Under the pieces are notes generated by a model. That model did not search any database. It was not told where the DNA came from and saw only the letters and a program-made list of their open reading frames with translations. The translations under genes were made by a program, and so were the position numbers. Shown in pieces: positions 25,750-39,811 of a DNA stretch of 64,000 nucleotides (position 1 is the first letter of the stretch; every line of letters starts with the position of its first letter). This DNA is from Proteromonas lacertae (Eukaryota): the NCBI GenBank assembly GCA_002245135.1, contig NGBS01000889.1, forward strand, positions 62,001 through 126,000, given 5' to 3'.

Positions 25750-28007
25750 ATGTCGAGCAATTTTCTTTTTTTCTTTTTTCTGCTGATATGTAAATGTCAT
25801 GCAGAATTAAGTGATGGTATCTATCCTATTTTATTGACTAGAATATATTTTGAAATTTTATAAATCAATTTATAACGTCTATGTTTCAAATTTCCTAGAC
25901 GAGATATATCAATCATGCCAAATAGATCTTTGCAAACATAATTTAACATATATTTTACCTAAATCTTCAAAATACATAGGGGAAACGGATTTTGTGGTTA
26001 TAGCAGTATTTTCAAATTATATTACGTATAGATTAATTCAAATGAATGTAACGTTAATCATGTAATTAATAATATAAAAATAAGTCCATTAGTTACATCA
26101 ATATCACCAAATTATGCTTATCATTGGTCACTTCATGAAATAACGGAAACAAATAGGAATTCAAAATCAATGCCATTAACATCGTTATATAATTTATCAG
26201 ATGTATGGAGAAAAGGAATAACTGGCCAAGGAGTAAAAGTAGGTATATTTGATACTGGAATAAAGCTAAAAGATCAGTCATTAAATATAATTCAAGTATC
26301 TGATTGGACAAATGAGAAATTAATGGATGATCCAATAGGACATGGAACAATCATATCAAATGTATTAATATAAATTTATAATGATAATATAATAACAATA
26401 GATAATTGCTGGTCAAGATCCAAATTGTAAAGGAATAGCACCAGATTCTGATATTTACATATTCAAAATATTTGATTCTAACCAAGTATCTTATACATCT
26501 TGGTATTTAGATGCATTTAATTATGCAATATATTTAAATTTAAACATTATCAATTTAAGTTTAGGTAGTTTAGATTCTGGTGATAAACCATTCTATGACA
26601 AAATAATAGAATTATATCGGAATAATATAATAATTGTTACATCTGTTGGTAATTCAGGACCATTATATGGAACAGTACAAAGTCCAGGAGAGTATTCATT
26701 AGTGATTAGTATTGGAGGTTTATCATTAGATAATAATATTGCAGGTTTTAGTTCAAGAGGAATGACAAAAATGGAATTAAATAATGGTATTGGTAGATTA
26801 AAACCTGATATAGTGACTTACAGTGAGAAATTATTAGTTTCTGATAGTGTAAATTGTGTAATTAAATCTGGAACAAGTATGTCTTCAGCTATAATGAGTG
26901 GAATTGTTGCATTAATGCTTTCCACTAAGAATCTGTCAACTAGTAATTATAATAATGGAATAGTTAAACAGTTGTTATATCAATCGACTGAATTATTAGT
27001 TTATAGTAATATGTATGAACAAGGTAGTGGAAAAATAAATATAACTTTACTATTTGATAATATTTTTAATAATTTTCATAAAGGTATTATATTGATGCCA
27101 AGTATGTTTAATATGAGTGATAATTATTATTATCCTTATAATTTACAGTCTTTATTCTATACTTGTACTCCTGTTTTATTAAATTTAACAGTTATTAATT
27201 CTTATACTGATTATTATACATTAATTCATAATGTGATATTAGTAAATGAAAGTATTCCTGGTTGTATTGATGTAAAGTTATTATCTGGTAGAGAATATGA
27301 TAATTATGAAGGAACTGTAGCAATATCAATTACTATACGTAAGTTCTGTAAGAAAATTAATGATATTTATATTGGAACAGTGAAATTCCAATTCCAATCA
27401 AGTGCAGATAAATCTATATATTCTGTTAATTTTGTATTAGAATTGAAGATAATTCCACCACCACCTAAATCACAGAGGGTAATATGGGATCAATATCATA
27501 ATATATATTATCCACCTGAATATGTATTAGCAGATCATATATATTATTCTGTATATATTATTTATTTCTATATTTTATAGTCAAGATCATTGGACAATAG
27601 AGGAGATCATTTATACACAAATTACATCAATTTATATGAATATTTAATCTCAAGAGGTTATTATTTGGATATTTTAACATCCAAAATTAACAAAAACACA
27701 TTTAACAATTATGGTACTTATTTGATATTTGATCCAGAAAAGAATTTTGAAAAAGATGAAATCAAAATAATACAAGATGTTCATTCAAATAAAGGGATGA
27801 ATTTAATGATATTTGCTGATTGGTATAATGAAGATAAAATACAATCTTTACATTATTATGATTTAAATACAAGAAAATATCATTCAGGATCAGTAGGGGG
27901 ATGTAATTTAAAAACATTAAATGAATTACTTTCCATTTATGAAATAGAATTTTCAGATAATATATTCTATGGTGATATTTATATTGATCAACTTTCTGAA
28001 GTTTCAG

Positions 28008-28046
<39 letters not shown>

Positions 28047-28329
28047 TTAGTATCTAAGTGGTACAAGTATAATAAGATTTCCTTCAGAAGGTATTTTATG
28101 CCAACATGAGTTATATAACATAACTGATCTTGAGAATAACAACAAAGCATTTGTTACAATCGGAGGAGTGTTAACGAATGATGCGAATGGGAAGCTGCTG
28201 GTTTGGGGTGATAGTAATTGCTTAGATGATGATTATCCACAATCTTTTTCTTGTCTAAGTGTATTACAACAGTTTTTCAGATATATTGAAGTGTCTGAGA
28301 TTTCTCCTCTTTTATGCAAAAGAAGATGA
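25750..28329 (+). CDS. subtilisin-like protease, site-1 protease (MBTPS1/SKI-1)-like; multi-exon
   Basis: Signal peptide and catalytic triad GIFDTG/GHGT/SGTSMS. S1P-like motifs FSSRGMT, RVIWDQYHNIYYP, GDHLYTNY, IFADWYN and WGDSNCLD. Confidence 0.85.
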
Positions 28330-28423
28330 TTTAGTTATTTGTTTATTAGTTTTAGAATTGCATTTTTTGTTTGTTTTGTTGTTTAAATCATATCGAGTTT
28401 ATGAAAAAAGCTTGAACTTTCAA

Positions 28424-29879
28424 ATGACTGAATCTACCTTTGTGTTGGATAGTTATGTAAATATAAGTGATGATACTTACGAAACTGGCATATCAAATTG
28501 AGTGATATACTTTAATAGAGCCACAAGAAGAATTAGGTAAAGATAACTCAATATGTGATGAAACATCTCAATGGGATTTTGCAAGTGTATTACACAGTTT
28601 AATACCTGGTCAAACTATGTCTGCAATCACAATACCATCAGTGTTTCTACAACCTCGTTCTTTGCTTGAGAATCTATCGGATTTGATGATGCATACAGAT
28701 ATTTTAGATGATCCAAAGTATAATTATTATATTTATTTTAAAGATTGTCTTATGGTGAAGAATCTGACCGTTTTCTTGTTGTATTGAAATATTATTTGTC
28801 ATGTTGGCATTACCAAGTATCAGGATGCAAAAAGCCAATCAATCCAGTATTAGGTGAAACGTTTTCTTGTATGACAGAATCTCCCAACCATAACCAATAT
28901 TTCTATATATCTGAACAAGTGAGTAAAAACCCATCAATCACTACATTCTATATGGAATGTATCAACAGTGGGATAAAACTACAAGGTGAATTAATACCAT
29001 CGTATAGTTATATTTCATATTATATATATATATATATATAGAGGAGTATTTACAGGAAACACAGTGAAATGTTCATGTAATGGCGAAGTATCATTAAGTG
29101 TCTTACAAAATGATGAAACTGTAGATATATATATATTGAATTTATTTATTTTGTTATAGTATGTTGGTACATTTCCTAATTTAATTGTTAAAGGAGTATT
29201 TACTGGTCCACTTCATATGGAATTTAACGGTAAAACAACTTTATCATGTGATTCAACTGGATTTGATGCTGTAATAGATTGGAAACCATCTGTATTATCA
29301 ATATATTATTTTATATAATAGAGTGATCCATGTAGTAGTTCAAACATTATAAAAGGAGTAATATCCTTCTATAAAACTCCAGTTTATCATATACAAGGTA
29401 AATGGGACACTGGATTTGTTATAACTGATTTAAAAACAAACGTATTATATTCTATGTATATATATATATAATGATTAGAATACAAGAGAATTCTTAAATA
29501 TAAAGAAATTATCAATACTACCAAAAGTGACATTAAAGAAACAACAACAACATAAATATGAGAGTCTTTCATTATGGAGTGATGTTATTAGTAATATTAA
29601 ATCTGCAGTACTTAATGATAATACGTGCTATACTAATTCTGATTTGAAAATACAGAAAATAGAAGCAGATGAACAGAATTATCAGAATAATCAGAAATTG
29701 TATAATATTATTAGATTATACTGAATAGTGAATCAAAATTATTCAAGAAAGTTGTTAAAAATAAGGTTGCTCATTGGGAATTTACACATTCATGTAGTGC
29801 AACTACTGAACCAAGGAATCTAATGTATTATTCAACCCATTTTAACTCAAGAGATATTCCAAAACCGTCTATTAATTAA
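28424..29879 (+). CDS. oxysterol-binding protein-related (ORD only); multi-exon
   Basis: PSVFLQPRSLLE, KKPINPVLGETF and EQVSKNPS. The first intron is probably GC-AG (28488-28518). Confidence 0.85.
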
Positions 29880-29956
29880 TTAATAACACTTATTTATTAA
29901 ATTATGGATTTATTTACCTTAGAGAAACATTCTTTTACACAAAATCAAAATATTTA

Positions 29957-30173
29957 TTACTTCTTCTTCAATTTATCTCTCATAGCTTTGAGAGCGGCTT
30001 CTTCTTCCTTCTTCTTCTTCTTAAATTCTATATCTTCCTAAAAATTATATAAAATTTCTTTATACTTCTAAAATAACCTTATCACTCTTCTTTCCTGTCT
30101 TTAATGGTTTCTTTTTACCGCCTAAAACAATTTATATATATTTTCAAAATTCTATACCGTCTTTACCAGGCAT
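29957..30173 (-). CDS. TMA7: translation machinery-associated protein 7 (3 tiny exons, absent from the ORF track)
   Basis: Spliced product MPGKDGGKKKPLKTGKKSDKVILEEDIEFKKKKKEEEAALKAMRDKLKKK. Confidence 0.85.
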
Positions 30174-30359
30174 AATAAGAAGAAATTTAAAATCCCAACA
30201 ATTGAAACGACTTTATTTTTTATTTGAAATAGGTTTGTCATTTAACATTCAATCTTCTTTACAAAAATCAGTTATATATAGAATTTCCGTATTTCATATC
30301 TTCTATTATTCTTTTACAATTCATTTTAATCAATATTTTAATAACTTTTAAAAAACAAG

Positions 30360-31217
30360 ATGTCCAAAGAAGAAATAGCTAAAATTGCTCTATTAATAAA
30401 AGAGAGCGACTGTATACTTATAGGAGCTGGTGCTGGATTATCTGCAGCTGCTGGAATGAATTATGGTGATCCAGTATATTTTAAAGAAAAGTTCCCATTA
30501 TTTGCTGCAAAAGGACTTAAAACCATAGGAGAATGTTTTGGTCATTTCTGGGATCAAACAGATGAAAATCGATTAAAGTATTGGTGTTATTGGAGTAATC
30601 ATTTGAAAGCTAATTGTTTAGATGATGACGCATTTCAAGTTTACAAAGATCTCTATGATATAGTGAAAGATAGAGATTATTTTGTATTAACAACAAACGT
30701 TGATGAACAATTCAAAAAGACAGGTTTTAGTCATGATAGATACCATGCACCTCAAGGAAGTTATGAATTATTTCAATGTTCAAAACGTTGTACTGATGAT
30801 ACATATAATAACAAAGAATATGTTGAAAGAATGTGGAAAAATAAGAATGAAAAGACATTGGAAGTTAGAGAATGTGATATTCCTCGCTGTCCTAAATGTG
30901 GAGCTTATATGGAGACTAACTTAAGAAAAGATGATTTATTTGCAGAGTACACTAACAAATTAACTACTGATCAATATCATATGTGGTTAAAAAACCATTT
31001 AAATAAGAAAACATTATTTTTTGAAATTGGTGTTGGTTTTAACACTCCAGGAATTATCAAATTTCCATTCATGCAAATGACTTATTCTAACAAAGATTCT
31101 AAATTGGTTAGAATCAATTTGGAAGGTGATGAAGTTCCTGAAGAGATTAAAGATAGATCAATAGTTGTTAAGGAAGACATTGCCAAAGTATTATGTGAAA
31201 TTAAAAAATTATTGTAA
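30360..31217 (+). CDS. class M sirtuin (SirTM-like); intronless
   Basis: IGAGAGLS, YFVLTTNVD, PQGSY..FQC, PRCPKCG..NLR and EIGVGFNTPGIIKFPF. Confidence 0.85.
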   Translation: MSKEEIAKIALLIKESDCILIGAGAGLSAAAGMNYGDPVYFKEKFPLFAAKGLKTIGECFGHFWDQTDENRLKYWCYWSNHLKANCLDDDAFQVYKDLYDIVKDRDYFVLTTNVDEQFKKTGFSHDRYHAPQGSYELFQCSKRCTDDTYNNKEYVERMWKNKNEKTLEVRECDIPRCPKCGAYMETNLRKDDLFAEYTNKLTTDQYHMWLKNHLNKKTLFFEIGVGFNTPGIIKFPFMQMTYSNKDSKLVRINLEGDEVPEEIKDRSIVVKEDIAKVLCEIKKLL

Positions 31218-31323
31218 TTTATATTTGTTATTATTATTTTTAGTTTTTATTAGGAAAAGGAAAATAATCATTAAAAAAAAATAAGATTAATAAAAATAAA
31301 CTATATAAAATATAATATATTTT

Positions 31324-32312
31324 TTACTGATTATATTCAGACCATAATTTATCTAAGAATGCATTCGGATTTCTTCTATATGGAACCATACCTATAGCTG
31401 GATCAACATGAGCATTATAAAATATATCCAAATCATTATCCTCCAATATAATTCCATAATTGTGACATAATCCATTAAACTCATCCCTTGTCAAAGCATC
31501 TTTCAAACCTGTATCATAAAATTTACACATTGACATTATATTATTCTTTCTGTTCTCTGTTGGTTGGCATCTTTGTTCAACTTTGCTAATTAATATTTCA
31601 TTCAAATATCTAATTCTATCATTAATCAAAGGATTTAAATCACTCTTCACATCCCATGTTCCTGTTACCAATGAGATGAATGATTTATCTGTTATTACAC
31701 TAGAACCAATATCACGATAATAAGCTTCCCAATTTCTGTAGGATAATGTTCTTCCATCTTCTGAGAAGTCTTGCATATCCTTTTGAAAATTCATCATCAC
31801 TTCTTCTGGTGGAATATCTCCTGATAAGACGAAGGGATGTCTCTCTGGGCAATAATTCTGAAATAGTGTCTTCAAAGGAATTGGTTGCATTGTACCTTTA
31901 CTTAAAGTGTTAAATACTTTTTTAATAAGATTTTCTCGTGTGTCATTTAATGGTTGAATAAGATCTTGATAAAAATCATCGTATACAATGAATGTAGCAT
32001 CTCCATCTTTATTGTAATGAGACATAAAAGCAGATATTTGCTATAAAAATGATAATAAACAAGCACATAAATACATCTCCAGTAGTAAAGGCACCAGCAT
32101 AGTTAAGAGCATCTTCAAATTGCCATCTATCTAAAAATCCTCTCTTTGAATAATCGGTAAGTAGAAGAGAATCTTTGATGGCTCTAGTTCCCTTCATTCC
32201 TTTATTTTCTAATCCTCTCCTATTTTATTATAATAATGTGTAGTCAATACCTCACAACATCGAAATATTGGTTTAGAAGTTTATTATTCGGATGTAATAA
32301 GGTTTCTTGCAT
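31324..32312 (-). CDS. calcyphosin-like EF-hand protein; 2 introns
   Basis: LNDTRENLIKKVF, HPFVLSG, YYRDIGSSVITDKSF..W and degenerate EF hands. Confidence 0.7.
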
Positions 32313-32411
32313 TTAAAAAACTTAAAAAACGCCTTTTATCAAAATAGATTTTAATTTCAAAAAAAACCAAAAATAAGAAAGAAATAAACAATAAATAGTC
32401 ATTTTTATATA

Positions 32412-34496
32412 TTATGGCTTTATTTCACCTTCTTCATATTCAGGATTATAACCCAATTCAGGGAATATTCCTTCATTCATTTTATATCTATCTCGTTTTA
32501 TCCCATTATTTATTAATTCATGTTCTCCTGTCTTTGTATGCTTCTTTTTAGGTAATTCAAAATCAAAATGCACATTATCAGGAATTTCACCCTCTTCTAA
32601 GTCGTTTAACACTATAAACATATAAATATATAATATTCACAGTAAAGATATACGAGGTCCATCATGAAAAGGAACATCAGGTCCGTCTCTATAGATATAT
32701 AACTCACCATCACTATAATCTCCATTTAATTCACCATTTGTATCAGATATGTCACTTTCACTAAGTTCAGAATAATCTGTTGAATCTTCTAAAGCCAACC
32801 TTCTTAAATCCTTATCATCATCAATCTTTTTCAATATTATATCTGATTTTGATATTGTTGGTGGTGGCTGTTGTATTTGTGATGTTACTAATGGATGTTT
32901 CTCTTCTATTATTGGCTTTTTCTCTTCTTTTGATTCTTCTAAATCATCTCTAAATTGTTTTTTATGTTTGGGAGGTGGTAGAGGAGTAGTTTCTTCTTCA
33001 TATATATCTTCTTTTTCGTCATATTTTGGTTTTGGTTCAATATATTGAATTTGCTGTGTTTGCTATAAAAAGAATAATAACAATATTAAATACTAATTGT
33101 TCAATTAAACTATTAAACATATTCCTTTGTTCTTCAAGTAGTTGATCAACACGATCATCTTTAAATGGCTGTGGAGCTGGTGGTTCTGGTACTGTATTCT
33201 ATTAATAATATAATAAAAAATATAATACAACTCTTTTAGTAAGATCTGTAAGGAATTGTTCCATTTTATTCTCTAATTCAATCATTGATTCAATTGGTGG
33301 TTCACGTGGCTGTGATTGTATATATTGTAATGGCTGTTGCTGTTGTTGTGGAAGTGTTGGTGGTGGAGTTGGTTGTATTTGTATATTATTCACCTTTTCA
33401 GTAATCTTGTCAAAGAAAGACTCCATTTTATTTTCAAATGCCTTGAATTGGTCTTGTGTTGCTTGTTGTTTTAATGATTTTATTTCATCCATTTGTCCTC
33501 TTAAATAATCCAATAACTATTATTAAATAAATATATTAATATACAATTGAGGATGATTTATCTTTTATTTCTATAATCTGTGGACCAGTTGGTTGTGGTG
33601 GTGGTGAAAGTTGTTGTATGATTTGAGGTTGCTGTACTGGTTGTACTGGCTGTTGTGGTGGTGGTGGAGATGGATTATAATCAACAGCAGTAACAATTGA
33701 AGGTAATACCATTTGAGGAGGATTTCCATTATTATTATTATTATTATTATCATTTTTATTCTTATCATCATTCTCTTTAACATCATTTACATATGAGAAT
33801 GATGGATAATAATGATAAGATATTGGAATATAAGTTGGTTGTTGTGGCTCTGCTTGAGTCTTTGTTATATATATTGTTTGTTGTTGTGGTTGTTGCGGTT
33901 GAGTCGGTTGATTATTATTTATATCAACAACTTCAATTGGTCTTGGAATTATATGATGTTCTGAATGTATTCCTATTAAAATAATTAACAAATAATTAAT
34001 ATATTATTATATATACTTTTATAGGGAGATGGTTTGTTTTTAATAATATGAGATTGTTGTAATCTTATTTCTCTTTGTTTTCTTTGTTCTATTCTTTGTT
34101 TTCTTTCATCTTCTCTTTGTTTCAACCACTCATCAGTATTTTTATATGATTTTGTTGGTTGTTGAATAGTTTGCGATTGATTTGTGGATTTCTGTTGTGT
34201 TGTTTTAGGTTTTGAGGGATTAAGCAGTTCTTTATATGGATTTTCTGTAATTGAATAGGAAGGTTGAGATTGAAACATAACTATTTGTTTCTGCCTGCTT
34301 TTTTTATTTGTTTTCGTCTTTGTTATTGTTCTAAATATAAATATATGTTTATTTATAATTTAATACTGTGGTTTTGGAGGTAAAGGATGAACATGTGATT
34401 GAAATTGTGGAGGGACAAATATATCGGATCGATTGATCAAACCTGTATTTTATTAATGTATAACATACTAAATTGTAAAGCACGATCAATATCCAT
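32412..34496 (-). CDS. hypothetical Gln/Pro-rich protein; multi-exon
   Basis: Successive minus-strand ORFs are joined by short GT-AG introns; low complexity. Confidence 0.6.
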
Positions 34497-34648
34497 CTTT
34501 CTGTAATGCAAATCAATAAGCTCTTCCTGATCATTGGATTTTGATGACTAATAATATTAAATATACTATAACTATACTATCATCCGAGATATAAAATTTA
34601 AATTTTAAAAAACACTCAAGCCAAGCTTTGATAGATTGATTCTTTATA

Positions 34649-36391
34649 ATGAATCTAGAAGAACGAAGAAGAAAACTAGAAGAAAAACGTAAACAACTAC
34701 AAGAACTAAAAAAAGTTACAAAGCAAGCAACTCCATCACCTAGTTCTGAACCTAATATACCAAAACAAGCCGATGTTATTAATAGAGCCAAATCAATAAG
34801 ACCTTTACCAGAGGCTTTAGCTCCTAAAGAAGATGCGAATAAGAATTTGCAGTCAGAATGTCCTGTTGAGATTAATCAACCACCAGTTCCAAAAGAACAG
34901 CTAGATGTATCTGCACAGACTGAACTTATGCAAGACAATGATAATAATCAAGAAAGTCCAAATACAAATGTGATACAAGAACAAAACTTCATTCCTGATG
35001 CAGTTGGAGTAGAACAAACTGAGGAAGAACTTATACCAAGACCAAAAATGGAAGAAGAAGCTATAGATTCAATCGTTAATAGTGAAGATTTCAAGAATTG
35101 TTTTCTAAAAGCTTCAAAATTAATAGAGAAAGTGTGGACAGCTAAAGGAGAAGAAGGCTATGATATATTCAAAGATCTCAGTACAACCCAAGCAGCCTAT
35201 AAATCAGATTTCTTCAAACTTCGATCCAAATTCTCATTGGATGATTCAATAACTGGTCAATCCTTAATTTGGGGTGTAACTGACATGTGTTGGAGCAATG
35301 CAGAAAGTGATCGTTCATTAATAGCAGTTGCATATCAATTAGCAGATCCAGAATATAATTTCTATGTATTTTTATAATAATAATAATAATAATTTATTTA
35401 TGTATTTATTAGGCAGTTCCAAAAGGTAATGGATTAATCTGTATTTGGTCAAATCACTTAGTAACTCGTCCAGAACATATATTACATTGTTATACACATA
35501 TCCAATCAATAGTATTTGATAAATATCAACCATCTATTGTATATGCTGGTAGTAGATTAGGTGATATCATTGTTTGGGATATAAGGAAAGGGATTAATCC
35601 AATAATCAAGACGGATATGACAAATGGACATACTGGAGGTGTAATATGTTTGAAAATGAGTGGTGATATATCATTACCTACATTGATATCAGCATCTACA
35701 ACTGGTGAGATTAAACTGTGGAATACTACCGCAATGACTACACCATTAGAGACTTTCAATGTATAATAATTATAATATAATGTTTATAGATTGTTGATAA
35801 TAAACTAACTTTACTTTGTACTTCCTATTCATTTATGAATGATTTCAAATCCGTAATAGTTGGTGTTGAACCTAATGCAATCTATCATGTATCATTAATG
35901 AAGTCCAATTCACAAGAAGAAACAAAGATTTTCATAAATATACATCCCATTATGCAGCTATTACTTCAGTTGATATTAGTCCACTTGATAATACAAAGTT
36001 CTTATCAGCTTCTTTTGATTGGGATGTTAAATTATGGGAAATAAATGTATATATATATATATATATAATGACAAATATAATTAATGTATATATATAATAG
36101 AATCAAGATAAATTCTTAAACTATCAAGGAAGTCAAAACATAGTCGTTTCTGTAAAATGGTCACCCAAAAATCCAAATCTGTTTTCTACATTGACTAATA
36201 ATGGTGAATTGTGTTTATATAATATAACTAAAGGAGAAAGTCCAATTTCTAAAATCAATATCAGTCAAGGTGATAATATATCATATAATAAGATGGAATG
36301 GAATTATGATGGTAGTTATATTGTTGTGGGTGATTTAAAAGGAACAATTCTTACTTTTGAGATTATATTAGGAAAAGAAGAAGAGAATTAA
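34649..36391 (+). CDS. cytoplasmic dynein intermediate chain (WD40); apparent 1-nt frameshift near 35930
   Basis: Coiled N-terminus LEEKRKQLQELK, SEDFKNCFLKASKLIEK, and WD repeats including FLSASFDWDVKLW. Confidence 0.8.
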
Positions 36392-36493
36392 AGTTAAAAG
36401 CTTTTTTTATTGTTTTGTTTTTTATAATATGATTTATTAATCATATAAAAAATATATTAAAACACAATAGGAGATAGAGAAAAAATGTTTATT

Positions 36494-37940
36494 CTATTTA
36501 TCAATGAGATAAAACAAAAGATTACAATCATCTCCTCCAGATACAAGTAATGGAGGATCAGTACTTTCTGTATATGCTAAACACAATACAACGTTCTATT
36601 AAAATAGAATATATATATATATATATATATATAATACTGAATGACCTTCAATATCCTTAATCTTTTGACCACTTCTAGCATCCCATAATCCAATCGTATT
36701 ATCAACACTTGCACTAAATAACTTAGCACTATTCTTCATCCACATCAACTGAGTAATTCCATCTAGATGTCTAACAATATGTCTGATTGAATAATTGTCT
36801 AAATCCCAAATAATTATTGAAAAATCCATTGAGCCACTTGCCAACCAATTCATTACTCCACAAAACTTTACACATTCGATACTTTGACCATTTTCATTAT
36901 CCGATTTCTGTGCTAATGTTTTTAATACATGTTTTGATTCAATATTAATGATTGATATTGAACCACCTGAAAAACCAACTGCAGCTATTTCATTTCCTTT
37001 TATATCACAACATAATACTTCTTCGTTTTGTGGCCAGTTTAATTGACCTGATTCAAATGTAAATAGTGATTCACCTGATTTGGGATTCCATAAACGAAAT
37101 GTTCCATCTATCGAACCACTACATAAACACTATTTAAATAAATAAATTTTATATTATAAATAATAATAGGATTTCTTTATACCTTTCCATTCTCTGTGAA
37201 TTTCCCACAGCTTAAATCATTTCCATGACCATATAATGTCTATATTATATATATATATACATACATAAAGAAATATATTATAGATACTTGTACTAATGTA
37301 CATTTAGTTGCTGTACAACCCCAAATCCAAATTGATAAATCTTTACTTCCATAAGCTAAGATATTTTTGAATTTCTTATTCCAACATAACCATTCAATTT
37401 CATCTCCTGCTCCTTCTAATACTTCTACTAAATGATATTGTGGTAATGAATAGATTCGAACGGTTGAATCCATTGATGCTGAAGCTAATAGTGTATGATC
37501 ACTGTTATATTCAATAGCTATTACAGTGTCCTATTCATTTATATATAGTTATAATACTGTATGACCTTCTAAGGTTAATATTGGATCGGATCGACTTGGA
37601 ACGAAGATTCTTACTTTATTATCACCCCAACCTGTTGCTATGTGCACTGGATTAGTTTCAAATATATCAACACAATAGACTGGATCATTACATGAAAACG
37701 ACTGATAAGAATCGTCTCTTCCTTCTTCATCAGCCAATTCGTCGTTTAAATATGCTACTTCATCTTCATCTTCACCTTCTAAACCTTCCATTTCTTCTTC
37801 ATTTTCTAAAGTCTCAATCTCAACATCTAAAACAATTATTTACGAATTATACTATCACCTTCTTCTCCATTTTCGTAATTATTCTAGTTTCATTATATTA
37901 TTGTTACAATATATACATCATCTCTATCAGATTCTTCCAT
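36494..37940 (-). CDS. WD40 protein, AAMP/Sqt1-like; multi-exon
   Basis: Acidic N-terminus, DDSYQSF, LEGAGDEIEWLCW, ASGSMD and LWDARSG. Confidence 0.75.
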
Positions 37941-38430
37941 TTAATTAATTTTGTAGACAAATCAATTCAAACTTTATCATAATAGATTAGCAAACCTAAT
38001 TGAACAAGCTTTTTGTATTTTTCATTTTTTGTATTGCTAAAGAAATATTAAAGGAATTTTACTTGGAGTGAATAAAGAAGGAATCATTAAATTCTTTTCT
38101 CATTCTAACTTTTGCTTTGTTCCATTCGGTTTTCTTATTTTAATAAAACCAAAAACGTACTAAAATTACTAAAACACAATATAATCATATAATAATAATA
38201 ATAATCTTGTAACATTATATAGTAAACAATATAGAGTTATTATAGCTAGTCTTTCCAACTCATAAATTACGTAATCATATCCTTTTTTATATCATTCTCA
38301 TTCTCATATATTTTCTGAAGTAACAGACTCAGCATTATTGTTCTAATTATTAAAGAAGATCGAGATTTTCATATAATTCATCTTCTATATTTTATAAGTA
38401 AATAGTGAGACTGGATAAAGAATCAAAAAT

Positions 38431-38870
38431 TCAAACATTATAACCACTGTTTGGAGATCCTCTGGTTAATGCAATTATGAACTTTCTAGATAAATCCCCT
38501 CTTCGAGAATGAACGATACTTTCTTTACAATGTTCTAGAAATATTGATCTTAAGGATAGATAATAGAGTGATAATCTTAAATTATTGATATTTTCAGTTT
38601 GTAAGGACTTTTCTGTATTTAAACTTTGACATACCTGTTGAATATAACTATATAGTCGTTTTAAACCTGTTTCTCGTATTGAGGAGATATCTTCTAATAT
38701 TGGAATACATGCACTGTGTAATGTTCCATCTTCATTTAACATTCTATTACAATCTTGATATATTTCTTCACATCGCTTTAAGGCACGGAGAAAATCGGAT
38801 AAATTGTTTGGTAAATTACATTCACTCAAACAATCCCGTTAATCTGAAGATAATTGAAAAAAAAATCAAA
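38431..38870 (-). pseudogene. COG6: COG6 internal fragment
   Basis: FQLSSD*RDCL, RETGLKRLYSY and RRGDLSRKFIIALTRGSP follow the COG6 sequence. There are in-frame stops upstream, no ATG and no continuation. Confidence 0.65.
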
Positions 38871-38918
38871 ATAGAGATTCAAGCCTCAAATCATTTGAAA
38901 GAAAAAATCATCAAAAGA

Positions 38919-39769
38919 ATGAAAGATAGAGGAACAAAACAGTCAAAAAACAAAAGTTCTCTAAGTATTAATTCTTTTGATTGATTTATACTATAATAGG
39001 ATCTAAATATCCAAATTATGGTAGTATTTACATTCTTAAAGATGGTTACAAGTGTTTCAATAATATAATTGAAAATAAAGATGGAGAAATGAACGAAGAT
39101 GAGAAGCATAACTTATGGAGAGAGAATGTACCATATTTATATGATACTATTGTAAATCATTGTGAAATGGGAGAAAGCTCATATTTTTGTATGGGATTTG
39201 GAAAAGAGATAAAAGAATCTCGTAGTTCAAGCAAAATTCAGAGTGATAATATTTATTTCACATCCAAGAGTAGCAATTCAACATTCAATACCCGTACTGG
39301 TACTTGGAATGGAAGTGGTGAACAAATATATATGGCTTCAGCTGAAATAAAACCAGCAAATACAACGCTATTAACATTTGTAGGTAAATATCCAGATCAT
39401 ACAAAGAATAACAGCGTTAATATAATTAAAAAACTTATTCATCCTGATAATCTAATAAAGATGCAGTATATATATATGTTTATATATATATAGATGTCAT
39501 ACATATTCATCCAATATGTTATTTACATTAAGTGCTTCATCTTTCATTCATTTATGGGATATGGATAATCAACAAAGTAAAGGATATAAAGTAAATAATG
39601 AACCAAATATCCCAACTTTAACTTTACAAGGAAATATTGAAGAAAATGAGAATGTTAATTTGTCAACATTATTAGTAAATCGATATATTCAAAGAATATT
39701 ATCTTCATCAGATAATAATGTTTTAGTTTGGGATGTAGAAGATTGTGAAAAGAGTCAATCATCTAAACG

Positions 39770-39811
<42 letters not shown>

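Noticed and set aside
25655..25750. Upstream short ORF or structured RNA before the subtilisin gene
   Set aside because: It has no recognisable motif or convincing stem and is probably promoter or UTR sequence.
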